From IMG/VR virus record IMGVR_UViG_3300021255_002539, positions 350,061 through 414,060 of that record: a stretch of DNA of 64,000 bases; one strand, given 5' to 3'. Each line of letters begins with the position of its first letter. Within the stretch, counting starts at the first letter, position 1. A model generated the notes under the pieces. The model was not told the DNA's origin. It did not search any database and saw only the letters and a list, made by a program, of their open reading frames with translations. Shown one piece after another: positions 1 to 10,101 of this stretch. Source of the stretch: a virus (Duplodnaviria; Caudoviricetes). The translations under genes and the position numbers were made by a program.

Positions 1-1
1 C

Positions 2-265
2 ACATATGTTGGCGATTTCCAGCTGATCACGGCGGACCTCGTCTGCGACCCGTCAATTGGCAGATTCTGCGACGCCAAGTAGGAATCGAAGGCTGTTCAT
101 GGCATTCTGGAGTCGGTTGAATATCTAGTGGACTCCAATAGGCTGGTAGTTGAATCCAGGGTTGTTGACCAACTCAAGAAGGACTTGAAGGTTCTGCCAA
201 ACGATTCTGCCGAGAGGTACATGAAGATGAAGGGCGCAGTAGACAGGTTCTTGCGTGGGATTTAA
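2..265 (+). CDS. Prohead core protease (T4 gp21-like), 3' part, with one in-frame TAG
   Basis: Frame 2 reads TYVGDFQLITADLVCDPSIGRFCDAK*ESKAVHGILESVEY...; it resembles the gp21 DF.L.t.D.V.DPS...V.GI.E motif across the TAG at 80-82 and ends TAA at 265. Confidence 0.75.
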
Positions 266-302
266 TGCTGCATAGATGACAAGCAAACGAGGTAAAAGCG
301 AC

Positions 303-902
303 ATGATTACGATTCACAAATTGGTGGCGAACAGCATAACGATAACTACTGGACCAATTGTAAAGGCTGAGACGCACATCAAGTTCGTCGATGGAACAGA
401 AGACAACTACTTGATAGAAGGAGCTATGGACTGCCAAGCATTGATTGACGCAGGATTGATGCCACCTGGAAGTGGAATAGAAGAGCCACCATCTTGGATA
501 ACATATCCAGCTGAAGTCGAAATTGGAAGCGCGGTGACGAGCATTGGGGATAATGCGTTCTGGGAGTGCAGAAGTCTTACGAGTGTGACGATACCAGACA
601 GCGTGACGAGCGTTGGGAAGTTTGCGTTCTTGAGCTGTAGCGGGCTGACGAGTGTGACGATCCCCGACGGTGTTACGAGCATTGGATCTTCTGCTTTTCA
701 AGGTTGCAGCGGTCTTACGAGCGTGACGATTCCTGATTCGGTGACGAATATCGGGGATAATGCGTTTGACGGCAACATGAGGTTGATGAGCGCGACCTTC
801 TCTGGAAAGACCAAGGCAACTGTCCGAACCATGGCACACTACTATTGGGGGTTTCCTCCCGGCTGCACTATCCATTGCACAGATGATGATATTACAGTGT
901 AA
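303..902 (+). CDS. BspA-type leucine-rich repeat protein
   Basis: Repeats of LTSVTIPDSVTSIGxxAFxxC; SD GAGGT before ATG 303. Confidence 0.9.
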   Translation: MITIHKLVANSITITTGPIVKAETHIKFVDGTEDNYLIEGAMDCQALIDAGLMPPGSGIEEPPSWITYPAEVEIGSAVTSIGDNAFWECRSLTSVTIPDSVTSVGKFAFLSCSGLTSVTIPDGVTSIGSSAFQGCSGLTSVTIPDSVTNIGDNAFDGNMRLMSATFSGKTKATVRTMAHYYWGFPPGCTIHCTDDDITV

Positions 903-937
903 TATGAGCATTACAATGTAATGAGAACATCACATAG

Positions 938-972
938 AAAGAGACCACCATCAACTTGGTGGTCTCTTTCTT
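938..972. terminator. Bidirectional intrinsic terminator
   Basis: aaagagaccacca-tcaact-tggtggtctcttt hairpin between convergent genes; near-identical copy at 57412-57443. Confidence 0.8.
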
Positions 973-1084
973 CATTTAATCATCGTGACGATGACAACGC
1001 CAATGAAAACCAACCAAGCAATCAATGTTCCCCAAATGATTGTGGCGAACACCAATGCGAGAAAGACATTCTTCAATCGGTCAA

Positions 1085-2296
1085 TCATAATGTAATCAAG
1101 TCCTTGTTCTTGAGATACGGAGTTGGATCAAGCAGCCTCTTGTCCCTATCACCCTCAAGTTTCCAACCATCAAGGTGACAAGTCTCTGTGCGCAGTTCAA
1201 GGTGGAGCATCGCAACCGAGTGGTTCCTGATGTCGGGTCGATACTTCTCTGGCCTGAGGACGGGTGTGACACGTCCTACAATAGTAACTCCCCTAATCAC
1301 GCCTTCCCCAACCTTAATGGTTGGCTTCTTAAGCTCGCCATATGTGACCACGCCGGATTTGCCTTCGACCTTTACGCACCAAGTTGGGTTCCACCATGGG
1401 CAATCAGCCTTCTGGCCAGTGAACTCGTATACTGCCGTGACAATTCCATCTTCAACAGCATATACAGGGGCATCTGCATGGGTGTAGATGTCCACTCCCT
1501 CGTGGATGTCGAACTTGCGTATTGCGCCAAATGCACCTGGCTCGTAGAACCTCGGAATGTAGTCCCTGAACTTCTCCCTGCACTTTCCACGGACGAACTC
1601 GTTGCTGTTTGCGTCATACACGAATTTGCCGAACATGCCCTTGTCGTTCTCGGATTGTCCATTGTATACGGGCTTTCCAAGCAAGTCCTCCTGCTTGATG
1701 GGTTGATACCAGACATGTCCCTCAACGATGTTCTTGATTGTGGTGATGTCAGCGAGACCACCGATTCCAATTCCACCACATGCCAGGTTCTTGACAGTAG
1801 GCTCTATGAACCTGACGAAATCGAGTGAGTCGAGATATGTCCTGTTCTTCTGGTAAATCGGCCCTTGGTACATCATCGAGTTCATCGCCTCGCAAATGTA
1901 GAGCTTCTTTCCACAACCCATCCATGCAGCAAGGATACTGGACACGAAATCGTCGGCTACACCATTTGCCATCTTGCCAATGATGTTGTAGTCTGCTGGA
2001 CAGACAACGCAAACGTCGGCCCAACGAACAAGGTCTATGTGCTTGACTGGGTGGGATGGCTTGTCGTGCCAATCAAGTGCCTCCCGTTCAATTGAGATGT
2101 AGTTGGAGTAGTGGTTGGTGTAGAATGTCTGGCTTTCGTCGTCCTTTGAGTTGCTTCCCTTGCTCAACGCCATCATCTGACCTGCTGCCTTGGTCATGTA
2201 GTGCTTGACCTCGTGCCCATCTTCCTTGAGTTGATGCGCCAGCTTATGGGAGAGGTAGGCCGAGACAGAACCAGTGGATAGTAGAAGGATGTTCAT
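1085..2296 (-). CDS. coaC: CoaC-like flavoprotein (phosphopantothenoylcysteine decarboxylase) fused to an M23 peptidase-like domain
   Basis: TGSVSAY, HIDLVRWAD..CPADYNIIGKMANGVADD, AMNSMMY and LACGGIGIG motifs; C-terminal HEGVDIY...LHLE...DPTPYL. Confidence 0.85.
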   Translation of the reverse strand: MNILLLSTGSVSAYLSHKLAHQLKEDGHEVKHYMTKAAGQMMALSKGSNSKDDESQTFYTNHYSNYISIEREALDWHDKPSHPVKHIDLVRWADVCVVCPADYNIIGKMANGVADDFVSSILAAWMGCGKKLYICEAMNSMMYQGPIYQKNRTYLDSLDFVRFIEPTVKNLACGGIGIGGLADITTIKNIVEGHVWYQPIKQEDLLGKPVYNGQSENDKGMFGKFVYDANSNEFVRGKCREKFRDYIPRFYEPGAFGAIRKFDIHEGVDIYTHADAPVYAVEDGIVTAVYEFTGQKADCPWWNPTWCVKVEGKSGVVTYGELKKPTIKVGEGVIRGVTIVGRVTPVLRPEKYRPDIRNHSVAMLHLELRTETCHLDGWKLEGDRDKRLLDPTPYLKNKDLITL

Positions 2297-3042
2297 GCGT
2301 TGTGTTCCTTGAAGCACTCGTCCACGACATTCTTCGCAAGTGGATATACTGCACAATACTTTCGTTCTTCAGGTGGCGGAAGTGTATACAGTCTGGGGTC
2401 AAGATTGTGCTTGGACATGACGAGAAGCTGATGGTCGTCGTTCTTGATATCCCGAAGGTCGTTGCCTATAACGAGGTCAACATTGGACTCCTTGATTTGC
2501 TTCCTCATTGCGTCAAGCAATTCGTCCTTCGTTGAATCGACAAGCAACTTGAAACCGCAGATTGTGGCATTTGGGGCAAGTTCCCTCATAATGGGCAGAA
2601 TCTTTGGGAGCTTGACGAGCTTGATGCACATGTCGTCTTCCCTGGAGCGGTACTTGCCATTGTAGTAGTTGGCAACGCCATAGTCAGACACCGCGGCGGC
2701 CGCTACGATGATGTCGTATGTCTCCTTCTTAAGCAACTCCTCAATGCCAGACTTGTAGTCGTCGAAGGTGGAGTACTCGACATATTCAATCGGCCTGTAT
2801 CCATCTTCGTAGGTCTCGTTGGTCAAGGATTGGAGCGTTGGCTTCCTGCTGCCCTTCGCCATGAAGAAGGTGATCTTCTCTATTGGTGTTCCATGCTCGT
2901 TTCCTGCGGCGAATGCCCCAAGTCCCTTAGCGAAGAATGCATCTGCTATCCGTGAGCCAAATGTCCCTCGGCTCATGTTCGTTATCGACCTCACTCGGTC
3001 AATTGGTACCTTTGTCCCACCAGATGTTATGAGTATCTTCAT
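2293..3042 (-). CDS. coaB: CoaB phosphopantothenate-cysteine ligase
   Basis: KILITSGGTKVPIDRVRSITNMSRGTFG, AAAVSDY, GFKL and GNDL motifs. Confidence 0.9.
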   Translation of the reverse strand: MKILITSGGTKVPIDRVRSITNMSRGTFGSRIADAFFAKGLGAFAAGNEHGTPIEKITFFMAKGSRKPTLQSLTNETYEDGYRPIEYVEYSTFDDYKSGIEELLKKETYDIIVAAAAVSDYGVANYYNGKYRSREDDMCIKLVKLPKILPIMRELAPNATICGFKLLVDSTKDELLDAMRKQIKESNVDLVIGNDLRDIKNDDHQLLVMSKHNLDPRLYTLPPPEERKYCAVYPLAKNVVDECFKEHNA

Positions 3043-3456
3043 TTACTTGGTGATGTTGCGGGTGGATTCAAGTATGGGCAAGCCACCTTCGGTCGGGATG
3101 TAGATGATGGTCTTGTTGTTGAGATCGTTCTGCTGGCGCACCCAAAGATACCTAATGTAGGTCTCAGTGAGCTTGCCATTCTCAATCTCAATCGCTGCGG
3201 CAGCACCCTTTGCCCGCTCAACCTCAGCCTGGGCATTTAGCTTCTCGGCCTCCAGGTTCGCCTTTGCTTCCTCAATCTTGATCTGGCGATTCTGCTCGGC
3301 TCGGACGAACTCAGCGCGTCCCTCTAGCTCAGAAGACCACACCTTGTACTTGGGTATGACGAACATGAGGGTTGCGATGACCAATATGGCAACTGCAATC
3401 ACTCCAAACAGAATTCCAAGTTCACCCTCTCCACGGCGCATGTGCTTTGTGTTCAT
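3043..3456 (-). CDS. Membrane-anchored coiled-coil protein (band7/SPFH-associated-like)
   Basis: N-terminal TM helix, Ala/Glu coiled coil, YIPTEGGLPILE tail. Confidence 0.6.
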   Translation of the reverse strand: MNTKHMRRGEGELGILFGVIAVAILVIATLMFVIPKYKVWSSELEGRAEFVRAEQNRQIKIEEAKANLEAEKLNAQAEVERAKGAAAAIEIENGKLTETYIRYLWVRQQNDLNNKTIIYIPTEGGLPILESTRNITK

Positions 3457-3484
3457 AGTTTGTCTCCTTTTGTCATATTATACC

Positions 3485-4418
3485 TCACTTCATCGCATCT
3501 GTAAACTGCGCCATCATCACATTGAAGCAATCTCCGCATAGGTGATGCATTGTCGGACCTATGTTGAAGATGTGCGTCGCGTCATAGTGGTGGCAGACTT
3601 CGCATAGACCATTTCCACCATTGCAGTCAATGTCCAGATGGATGCCCTTTAGACACCTTGATTCAACCTTTGGCTGCTCCATCGGAAAGTCCCATATCTT
3701 CATGGTGTTGTCCTCCTTTCTATGGTTCCGTCAGGATTCCAGACGACATTGGAAACAAGAGTGCTTGATGTCACCTCTAGCCTTACCTGATACACCTCAA
3801 TGTCTCCCGACTGGTTCTCTGGCTCCTGCAGATACTTGGTTATGGCCGCCTCTGCCTCTGCTTGGGTCTTGTGACCGCCAAGGAAGTCCAGGCACCACCA
3901 CCCCTCCGTATTTGGCTTTGGATCATAGGCGTAGATTCTGTAAACGGACTCACAGTGAGTCGGGCTACCATCAATGTACTTCATGGGCTTGTTCTCCTTT
4001 GTTGTCGGGCGTATTTCAGCAGATATGCGTATTTCAGCAGTTATGCATATTCCAACTTCGATACCTTGATCTTGTTGCAGTCGACGATGTACCAGAAGTA
4101 GTGGTCAGAAAGGAAAGTGGCCTTCGCCAGGTCAAGGGTTCTGGCCCTCACCGTGAAGTGCCTGACCTCACCACCCCTGATGTTCTTGGCGTTCGCGTCG
4201 TTGTCGAGGGTCGCCCCAACAATCTCCACCGCAAACACGTCCCAAGTACAAAGTGGCATCCCAACCTTGTCATAGAGCTTGCCAATCTTCTTGAACACCT
4301 TCGCCCGATACTCAGGAGAGATACGGGTCGACCGAATCTCCTCAATCACCTTGTTCACCACTAGGCAAACAACGACTATGGAGACGAATCCCAATATTGA
4401 TAGTCCTACATATACCAT
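3485..4418 (-). CDS. Three small hypothetical ORFs (3485-3703, 3700-3984, 4041-4418)
   Basis: Co-oriented with GGAG RBS and ATGA overlap, behind a sigma70-like promoter at about 4465-4495. Confidence 0.6.
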
Positions 4419-4525
4419 TGCGAATCTCCTGTTTCTGTTTGGGGTGGTTTTCCACCACGCCAATATTATATCATATTCGAGATCAATGTGTCAATATACC
4501 CTATACCAAGCATGTTGTGTCTCTT

Positions 4526-5431
4526 TCAGTTCACGAGACTGGCCTTGCTGTCCCACTGCGAGTAGAGGTGGCAATTGGGGCGCAGGATGAGGTACTTCAG
4601 AACATCAGTCTCGGGGTTCTTGCCCATGCAGTCGTCGTCGAACATCACTGACATGCCATCCACATCGTGGCAAGTCGCGCCATATGGAGTCTTGCCGAGG
4701 ATTGGCTGATTTGCCAGAAATTCCTTGATTCTCTCAATGGTTTCTGCACTGACCATGTGTTCCTCAATCCACTTACCCTGTGGGGTCTCCTTGTCAGAAA
4801 CGTAGAGTTTTCTAAAGGTAATCTGGTTGGCATGCCACGCCTTTGCCCAATCAAACAGCTCCCAAGTGGTGTACTTGTCGAACTCGCTTGTCAAGTTGAA
4901 GCAAATTCGGATGTTGAAGTCGTAGTCCTTGAGGTTGTCGCAAAGCTGTCCAATGCGGAACTTGGGGATGACCTTGCCAGTTACAGGATGTTCGGTGCAA
5001 GGATGTCCCAGAATCTCGCAATTCGTGGCCGAGATGGGGGAGTTGATGGAGAGCGCGATTGTGTTCACTCCCACGAAGTTGCGCAGGAATCGGAGATAGT
5101 CCCTGTCCTTGTCCAATCCAAACCCTGTGGTCTGCATTTCTATGTTGGTGAATGGGGAACCGATGGTCTGGTGGAGCAGGGCGAAGGTGGCGAGGAACTG
5201 CTTGTTCTGCTGAGGTTCTGATGTGCCAGTGAGCATGATGGTCTGGCAACCATTGTCAGCAACGAACCTGAGTCTCTTCAGGTATTCCCTCACATTGATG
5301 TCGTAGTGTGGGTGGTTGATGTCCATCCGGTTCTCGTAGACATTGGAGTTCACCATGCGCGACACGCAGAACGGACACTTGTTGATGCACCCCTTGTTGG
5401 GAACCACGATTGACAGAGACTGAATCTTCAT
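4526..5431 (-). CDS. Radical SAM protein
   Basis: CINKCPFC (CxxxCxxC) motif followed by LTGTSEP. Confidence 0.85.
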   Translation of the reverse strand: MKIQSLSIVVPNKGCINKCPFCVSRMVNSNVYENRMDINHPHYDINVREYLKRLRFVADNGCQTIMLTGTSEPQQNKQFLATFALLHQTIGSPFTNIEMQTTGFGLDKDRDYLRFLRNFVGVNTIALSINSPISATNCEILGHPCTEHPVTGKVIPKFRIGQLCDNLKDYDFNIRICFNLTSEFDKYTTWELFDWAKAWHANQITFRKLYVSDKETPQGKWIEEHMVSAETIERIKEFLANQPILGKTPYGATCHDVDGMSVMFDDDCMGKNPETDVLKYLILRPNCHLYSQWDSKASLVN

Positions 5432-5546
5432 TTGCTATTCTCCTTCCTTCACAGAACACCTATATTATAGCATATTCTAATATGGAGAGTCAATACCCCC
5501 TTGGCGGTATTCTTATCAACTTTGTTGATACTCAATACCCCCTAGA

Positions 5547-5945
5547 TCACTTTTTTGAGGTTCCAGACACCCTGCCCATGGCGTCCCGATAGGTGGTTTT
5601 CCCATTCTTGTCGGTGGTAGATGTTCCTTGGATTCTCCCCATTGAATCCCTGTATGTGGTCTTGCCATTCTTGTCAGTAGTCGCTGTTCCTTGTGTCCTA
5701 CCCATTGCGTCCCTGTAGGTAGTCTTGTTGCCTTGGGTGGTTGCAGTGCCCTGAATCCTGCCCATGGCATCCCTGTATGTCGTCTTGCTCCCATTTGTGG
5801 TTCCAGTACCCTGGATGCGCCCCATCGAGTCCCGATAGGTTGTCTTGTTGCCTTGCGTGGTGGAGGAACCGGACACCCTTCCCATAGAATCACGGTAGGT
5901 TGCTGCCAGAACAGCAATCAGCAATATGTTCAATATGGACTTCAT
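5547..5945 (-). CDS. Secreted tandem-repeat protein
   Basis: Signal-like N-terminus followed by six ~20-aa repeats TTYRD(S/A)MGRxQGTxTT. Confidence 0.8.
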   Translation of the reverse strand: MKSILNILLIAVLAATYRDSMGRVSGSSTTQGNKTTYRDSMGRIQGTGTTNGSKTTYRDAMGRIQGTATTQGNKTTYRDAMGRTQGTATTDKNGKTTYRDSMGRIQGTSTTDKNGKTTYRDAMGRVSGTSKK

Positions 5946-5952
5946 GGTTCAA

Positions 5953-6456
5953 TTATACGCCTTTCCTCTGCTTCTTCAGCCCGAGTTCCTTCAAGGCAAT
6001 CTTGGCATTCTCGTAGTCCTCCCAATGGCACACGACATACTATACCCTCCCCATTTGGGTCTACGACAGGTCAATCACCTTACCCTGGAAAGTCGCACAT
6101 ACATGACCAGACGAACTGGTTGCCAGAGGGTGGATCAATTCAGAAGTAGCCAAAGCCACCCTCCACCTGGTCACTGGCTTCTTGAAGTATATCCGACGCC
6201 AACCCCTTCTCCTCAGCATCGTGTCCCAGAATTCTGCGCCATTCCACAACTCGTTGGCGGACTACGCCCACAGAATCTACTCGTTCTTGACTTGAAGATA
6301 CTCCATCCCCAGGCAATACGAGATGCATCTGGTGGAGCAATCGCCCTTCAACGTCTTCACTCCCTTTGGTCTGACATTCACATACTTGAAGACAGAACTA
6401 TGTGTCCGCTTATCGTCGCTCTAAACCTTGGCAGCAAATGTCAATCTCCTTTTCAT
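5953..6456 (-). CDS. Hidden 167-aa gene with five in-frame TAGs; phage Cys/His (C39/papain-like) protein
   Basis: With TAG read as sense: MKRRLTFAAKV*SDD..YVNVRPKGVKTLKGDCSTRCISYCLG...GHVCATFQGKVID...; GTAAATA motif upstream at 6511-6517. Confidence 0.75.
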
Positions 6457-6509
6457 GGCGGGTAGTCGTCACATAATGCGCCTCAACCGCAATTTGGGGG
6501 TTCTTGACA

Positions 6510-8760
6510 TTATTTACCATTTGTTGGCTTCGACATCAGCCAATTGCAGAACTCCCTGTAGTAGCCATCGTCTGATATGTCAAGACTGGGATGTTCCCTT
6601 TGGAATGCCTCGTCTGCCTCCACAATGTCCTTGTACAGTTCTGCGTTCTTGGTTGAGGATCCAGAAATGGCAACCCTCGCCCGATCAACCATGTCAGCCA
6701 AGTCGAATGTGTCGTACACAATACCCTCGGCCCCATCGTTCCATGCCTGCAGAACGACATCCTCAATCGAATCAACCACCACGGTGCTGTCCATCAATAT
6801 CCACCTCCACATACCCGGATCTTCTGCCTTGACGACGAGACATCCTCCAGCGTGTTGTCTTCGTTTGTGGAGGTTGTTGTCTTTCTTGACTTGTCGAATC
6901 GCATTGGACAAGGAATTACGCCCCAAGCCCCAAACAGGCGGTTGCACTTCTCGCACTTGCCGCAGAACTCCTTCACAGAATAGCCATCCTTGCTGAACTT
7001 CAACTTCAACCAACAAAGGACATCCCTCCAATGCCACCTACGCAACCTCATAGTTCAATTGTCTCCTGATTTACAATGGTCTTGGACTCTCCAACCACAT
7101 CCACATATTCAATTCTGCGAACTTCTCTGCTCACCAATCCAACGTAGTAGTGGTTTCCCTTTGAGTCCTTTACGATATACGCAAACACACCAGAATCGGT
7201 ACTGCAAGCAGCAACAATCTCCGTATTCTTTGGTATGGAATGCCTTGATGTATTGTCCACAAGATGTCCAACTATGCCATTGTCGGTCGTGGTATTCTTT
7301 GGATGGAAATTGATAATGATGTCAATGGCTATTCCAATGCCAATGGCAATGACTACCAACACCATCAATACGGCCTTAACGCAATTCCACAGTTCCCTTC
7401 CTTCTATCATGCTCGTTTCTCCTTTCGCTTCAGAAGTTCCCGAGCAGAGGCAAGCCAATTCTCGACATCCTTCGTGAACTGGTCGTTTGGATCATGCTTC
7501 TTCATCAGCTCAAGAAGCAGCGCCATCATCGGCTGCGCCTTGAACACCAACTCAATTGCCTTGACATGCTTCGCCATGATTCTTTTCCTTTCGCACAGTT
7601 ATCTGCAACCCATCGTAGTCGTCAAGTCCAGTTCCATGGTTGTCCCACCATTCACTGACCTGCTTGAGGACTTCCTTCTTCGTGAACTCGCCCTCTATGT
7701 GGCTTGCCACAGACGCCTCGCCACCTTTCTTGAAGGCAGTGACAGCAACCCGCTTTTTCCTCTTTTCTCCCATTCCAAACATCATTTCTCATCCTTTCCG
7801 TTTTCAGTGTGGGACGCAACATAATTGTACATTTCGCCCATTACTGCTTGAATGTTCATTTCGGCGTCCGACAACTTGCGCTTTGCCTCTGGCGAAAGCA
7901 AGTCATATGCCCCAACTCGATATATGTACTGTATGCCATCAGCAACGTTTATTAGATTGGCATATCCAATGCACATCACCCTGTCGCCATATGTCATGCC
8001 ATGGTCCCTTTCAAGTCCACGGCACCAACCATCTTGGACTCAATCACTGAAATCCACTTCTTCATCAAGTCGTTGTATGCCTTTTCTGCCTCTTCCTTGG
8101 TCTCGAAGAACCCAGTCCAATGCCTACTGCAGGTTATCTTGTCTATGTAGCCATACGATTCCAAACTGTTGTCGAATGGATTTGGATCTGAAGACCACAC
8201 GAATATGCCACCCCTATCCGCTTCAGCCTTTACAATCTTCACCTTCTTGAAGACGACCTTGTGCTGCTCTGGATCCCAAGGATTGAACTTGAACGTACAC
8301 ATCCACATTTCATCGAGAACAGGTGTGTATAGTTCCTTGATCGTCAGCTTCTTCTGCTTCTTGAATATGTCGAACAGTTTCATTTGCCTTCAGTCCTCCA
8401 TTCCTTGTACTTTCCCTTGTTTCGGTTCCAATGCTGTCTGCAATTGGATGCAAACATGGCATTTCTCGCCATCTGAAGTGGCTTGTTCATCCCCATCCAC
8501 GCCTTGTCGAACAACTCTGCATTCTTCTCGGTCTTTCTCTTCATGAACTTGAAGAAAGCCTTGTTAAAGTCGTCCATGACAATAGACATCGCAGACCTTG
8601 CAGCATTCCAATCATGGACAGTTCCAGTTGCTGGCGTTTTCCTGTTGAGGATGTCGTATGTATAGACAACTGACTCCCGAAACTCCATCGCGTCCTTGTA
8701 GAACGCATCCAACGGGTCACTGTGCTTTATATTCGCCCTGTAGTATTCCCACATGGTCAT
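6510..8760 (-). CDS. Run of small hypothetical early ORFs (including 7048-7410, 7552-7785, 7782-7997, 7994-8383, 8380-8760)
   Basis: Tightly coupled ATGA overlaps and RBSs; no recognisable domains. Confidence 0.55.
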
Positions 8761-8789
8761 TGGTTGTTCTCCTTGTTTGGTATATCATA

Positions 8790-9932
8790 TTATACAACTT
8801 CTGGAGATTCAAGTTTAGCCTGTTCAAGACGGTTTTCGGCAATCTTGAAGTACTCCGACTCCTTCTCAATGCCCAAGAACCTTCGTCCAATCTCAATGGC
8901 AGCAACACCAGTAGTCCCACTCCCCATGAAGGGGTCAAGAACCAATGCTCCCTTTGGAGTGACCAACTTGACAAGGTACTTCATCAACTCAATCGGCTTG
9001 ACTGTTGGATGTACATTATCCTTGCCCTTCTCCTTCTTGCTTGCCTTGGGGCAGTAGAAGAACCTTGCCGAATCGTTGGGGAACACTTCAAGAACTTCAT
9101 CTGACCCGTCGTGGATGATGTTGGCCGGGAAGCGTCCCTTCAAGTTTGCATGACCCACTTTCCCCTCTTCTCCTGTAATTCTCCAACTCGCACCTTTGTC
9201 TGCACCGTGGTTGTTCTTGCATCCACGCAGCTCCCTAATCAACGGGTTTGTCGCAGCCGTTCCACCTTCCTCATAGGGAACGCGGCACTCGTCTATGTTC
9301 AATCCACCAACACAGTTCTTCATCACGTTCTCGACAACCGTTCCCTCCACTGGTTTCCGTGCAAGAACAATAGGCTCAAATGCTGGCTTGAGGCAAGTTC
9401 CCCAACCACTCCACTTCTTGGCTTCGTCCGTAATCGGAACCAAGTCGTCCCTGGGGCATGTACAAGGATTGGCCGAGAAGAATGGCTTTCCACACTTCGG
9501 ACACCTGTTCTTCACTCCAAAGCCAATAATTCCTCCCTTGTCTCCAACTGCTTCCCTCACTGCCCTTTGCGCACCCAACTTCTTGTCTATTGCCTTTGAG
9601 ATGTCCATTGACTTCGGCATTCCTGAGCTGTAAATCCAACCCAAACAATCCCTGACCTCCCAACCAGCATCCTCTATGGCGCAAGCCAGCCGATGGTATG
9701 TGCGTGTTCCACCAAACGCCAGAAGATGCGCACCAGGCTTCGCAACCCTCAACGCACCCTTCCAGAACTCAATCCCAGGAACACCATGATCCCAGTTCTT
9801 CCCCATGAAGTCCAATCCATATGGGGGGTCAGTGACAATGGCATCAATGGAATTGTCCGACATGCGCTTCATCGCGTCCAGACAATCAGCATTCACCACG
9901 CCATACGGCTTTCCACTATTGTTTTCACTCAT
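8790..9932 (-). CDS. DNA N4-cytosine/N6-adenine methyltransferase (beta class)
   Basis: IVTDPPY, HPTVKP and VLDPFMGSGTTG motifs. Confidence 0.92.
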   Translation of the reverse strand: MSENNSGKPYGVVNADCLDAMKRMSDNSIDAIVTDPPYGLDFMGKNWDHGVPGIEFWKGALRVAKPGAHLLAFGGTRTYHRLACAIEDAGWEVRDCLGWIYSSGMPKSMDISKAIDKKLGAQRAVREAVGDKGGIIGFGVKNRCPKCGKPFFSANPCTCPRDDLVPITDEAKKWSGWGTCLKPAFEPIVLARKPVEGTVVENVMKNCVGGLNIDECRVPYEEGGTAATNPLIRELRGCKNNHGADKGASWRITGEEGKVGHANLKGRFPANIIHDGSDEVLEVFPNDSARFFYCPKASKKEKGKDNVHPTVKPIELMKYLVKLVTPKGALVLDPFMGSGTTGVAAIEIGRRFLGIEKESEYFKIAENRLEQAKLESPEVV

Positions 9933-10101
9933 TGGAATAATCCTTGTCTTTCTTGATCATCAACCACAGCGCAACCACTCCAATCAATATGCTGGCAACT
10001 GAGCATCCTGCGCCAATAGCCAACCAAAACACATTCTCAGTCATTTCTGCTTCTCTCCTTTCTCCTTTAACCGAATCAGAATCTGCCGAAGCAACTCGCC
10101 C

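Noticed and set aside
303-902. Diversity-generating retroelement acting on the LRR genes
   Set aside because: There is no reverse transcriptase or adenine-specific template/variable repeat pair in the window; the similarity is ordinary repeat paralogy.
4010-4050. Short tandem repeats (4010-4050, 20711-20750, 29027-29062) as CRISPR remnants
   Set aside because: Each has only two adjacent copies with no spacers, and there are no cas genes.
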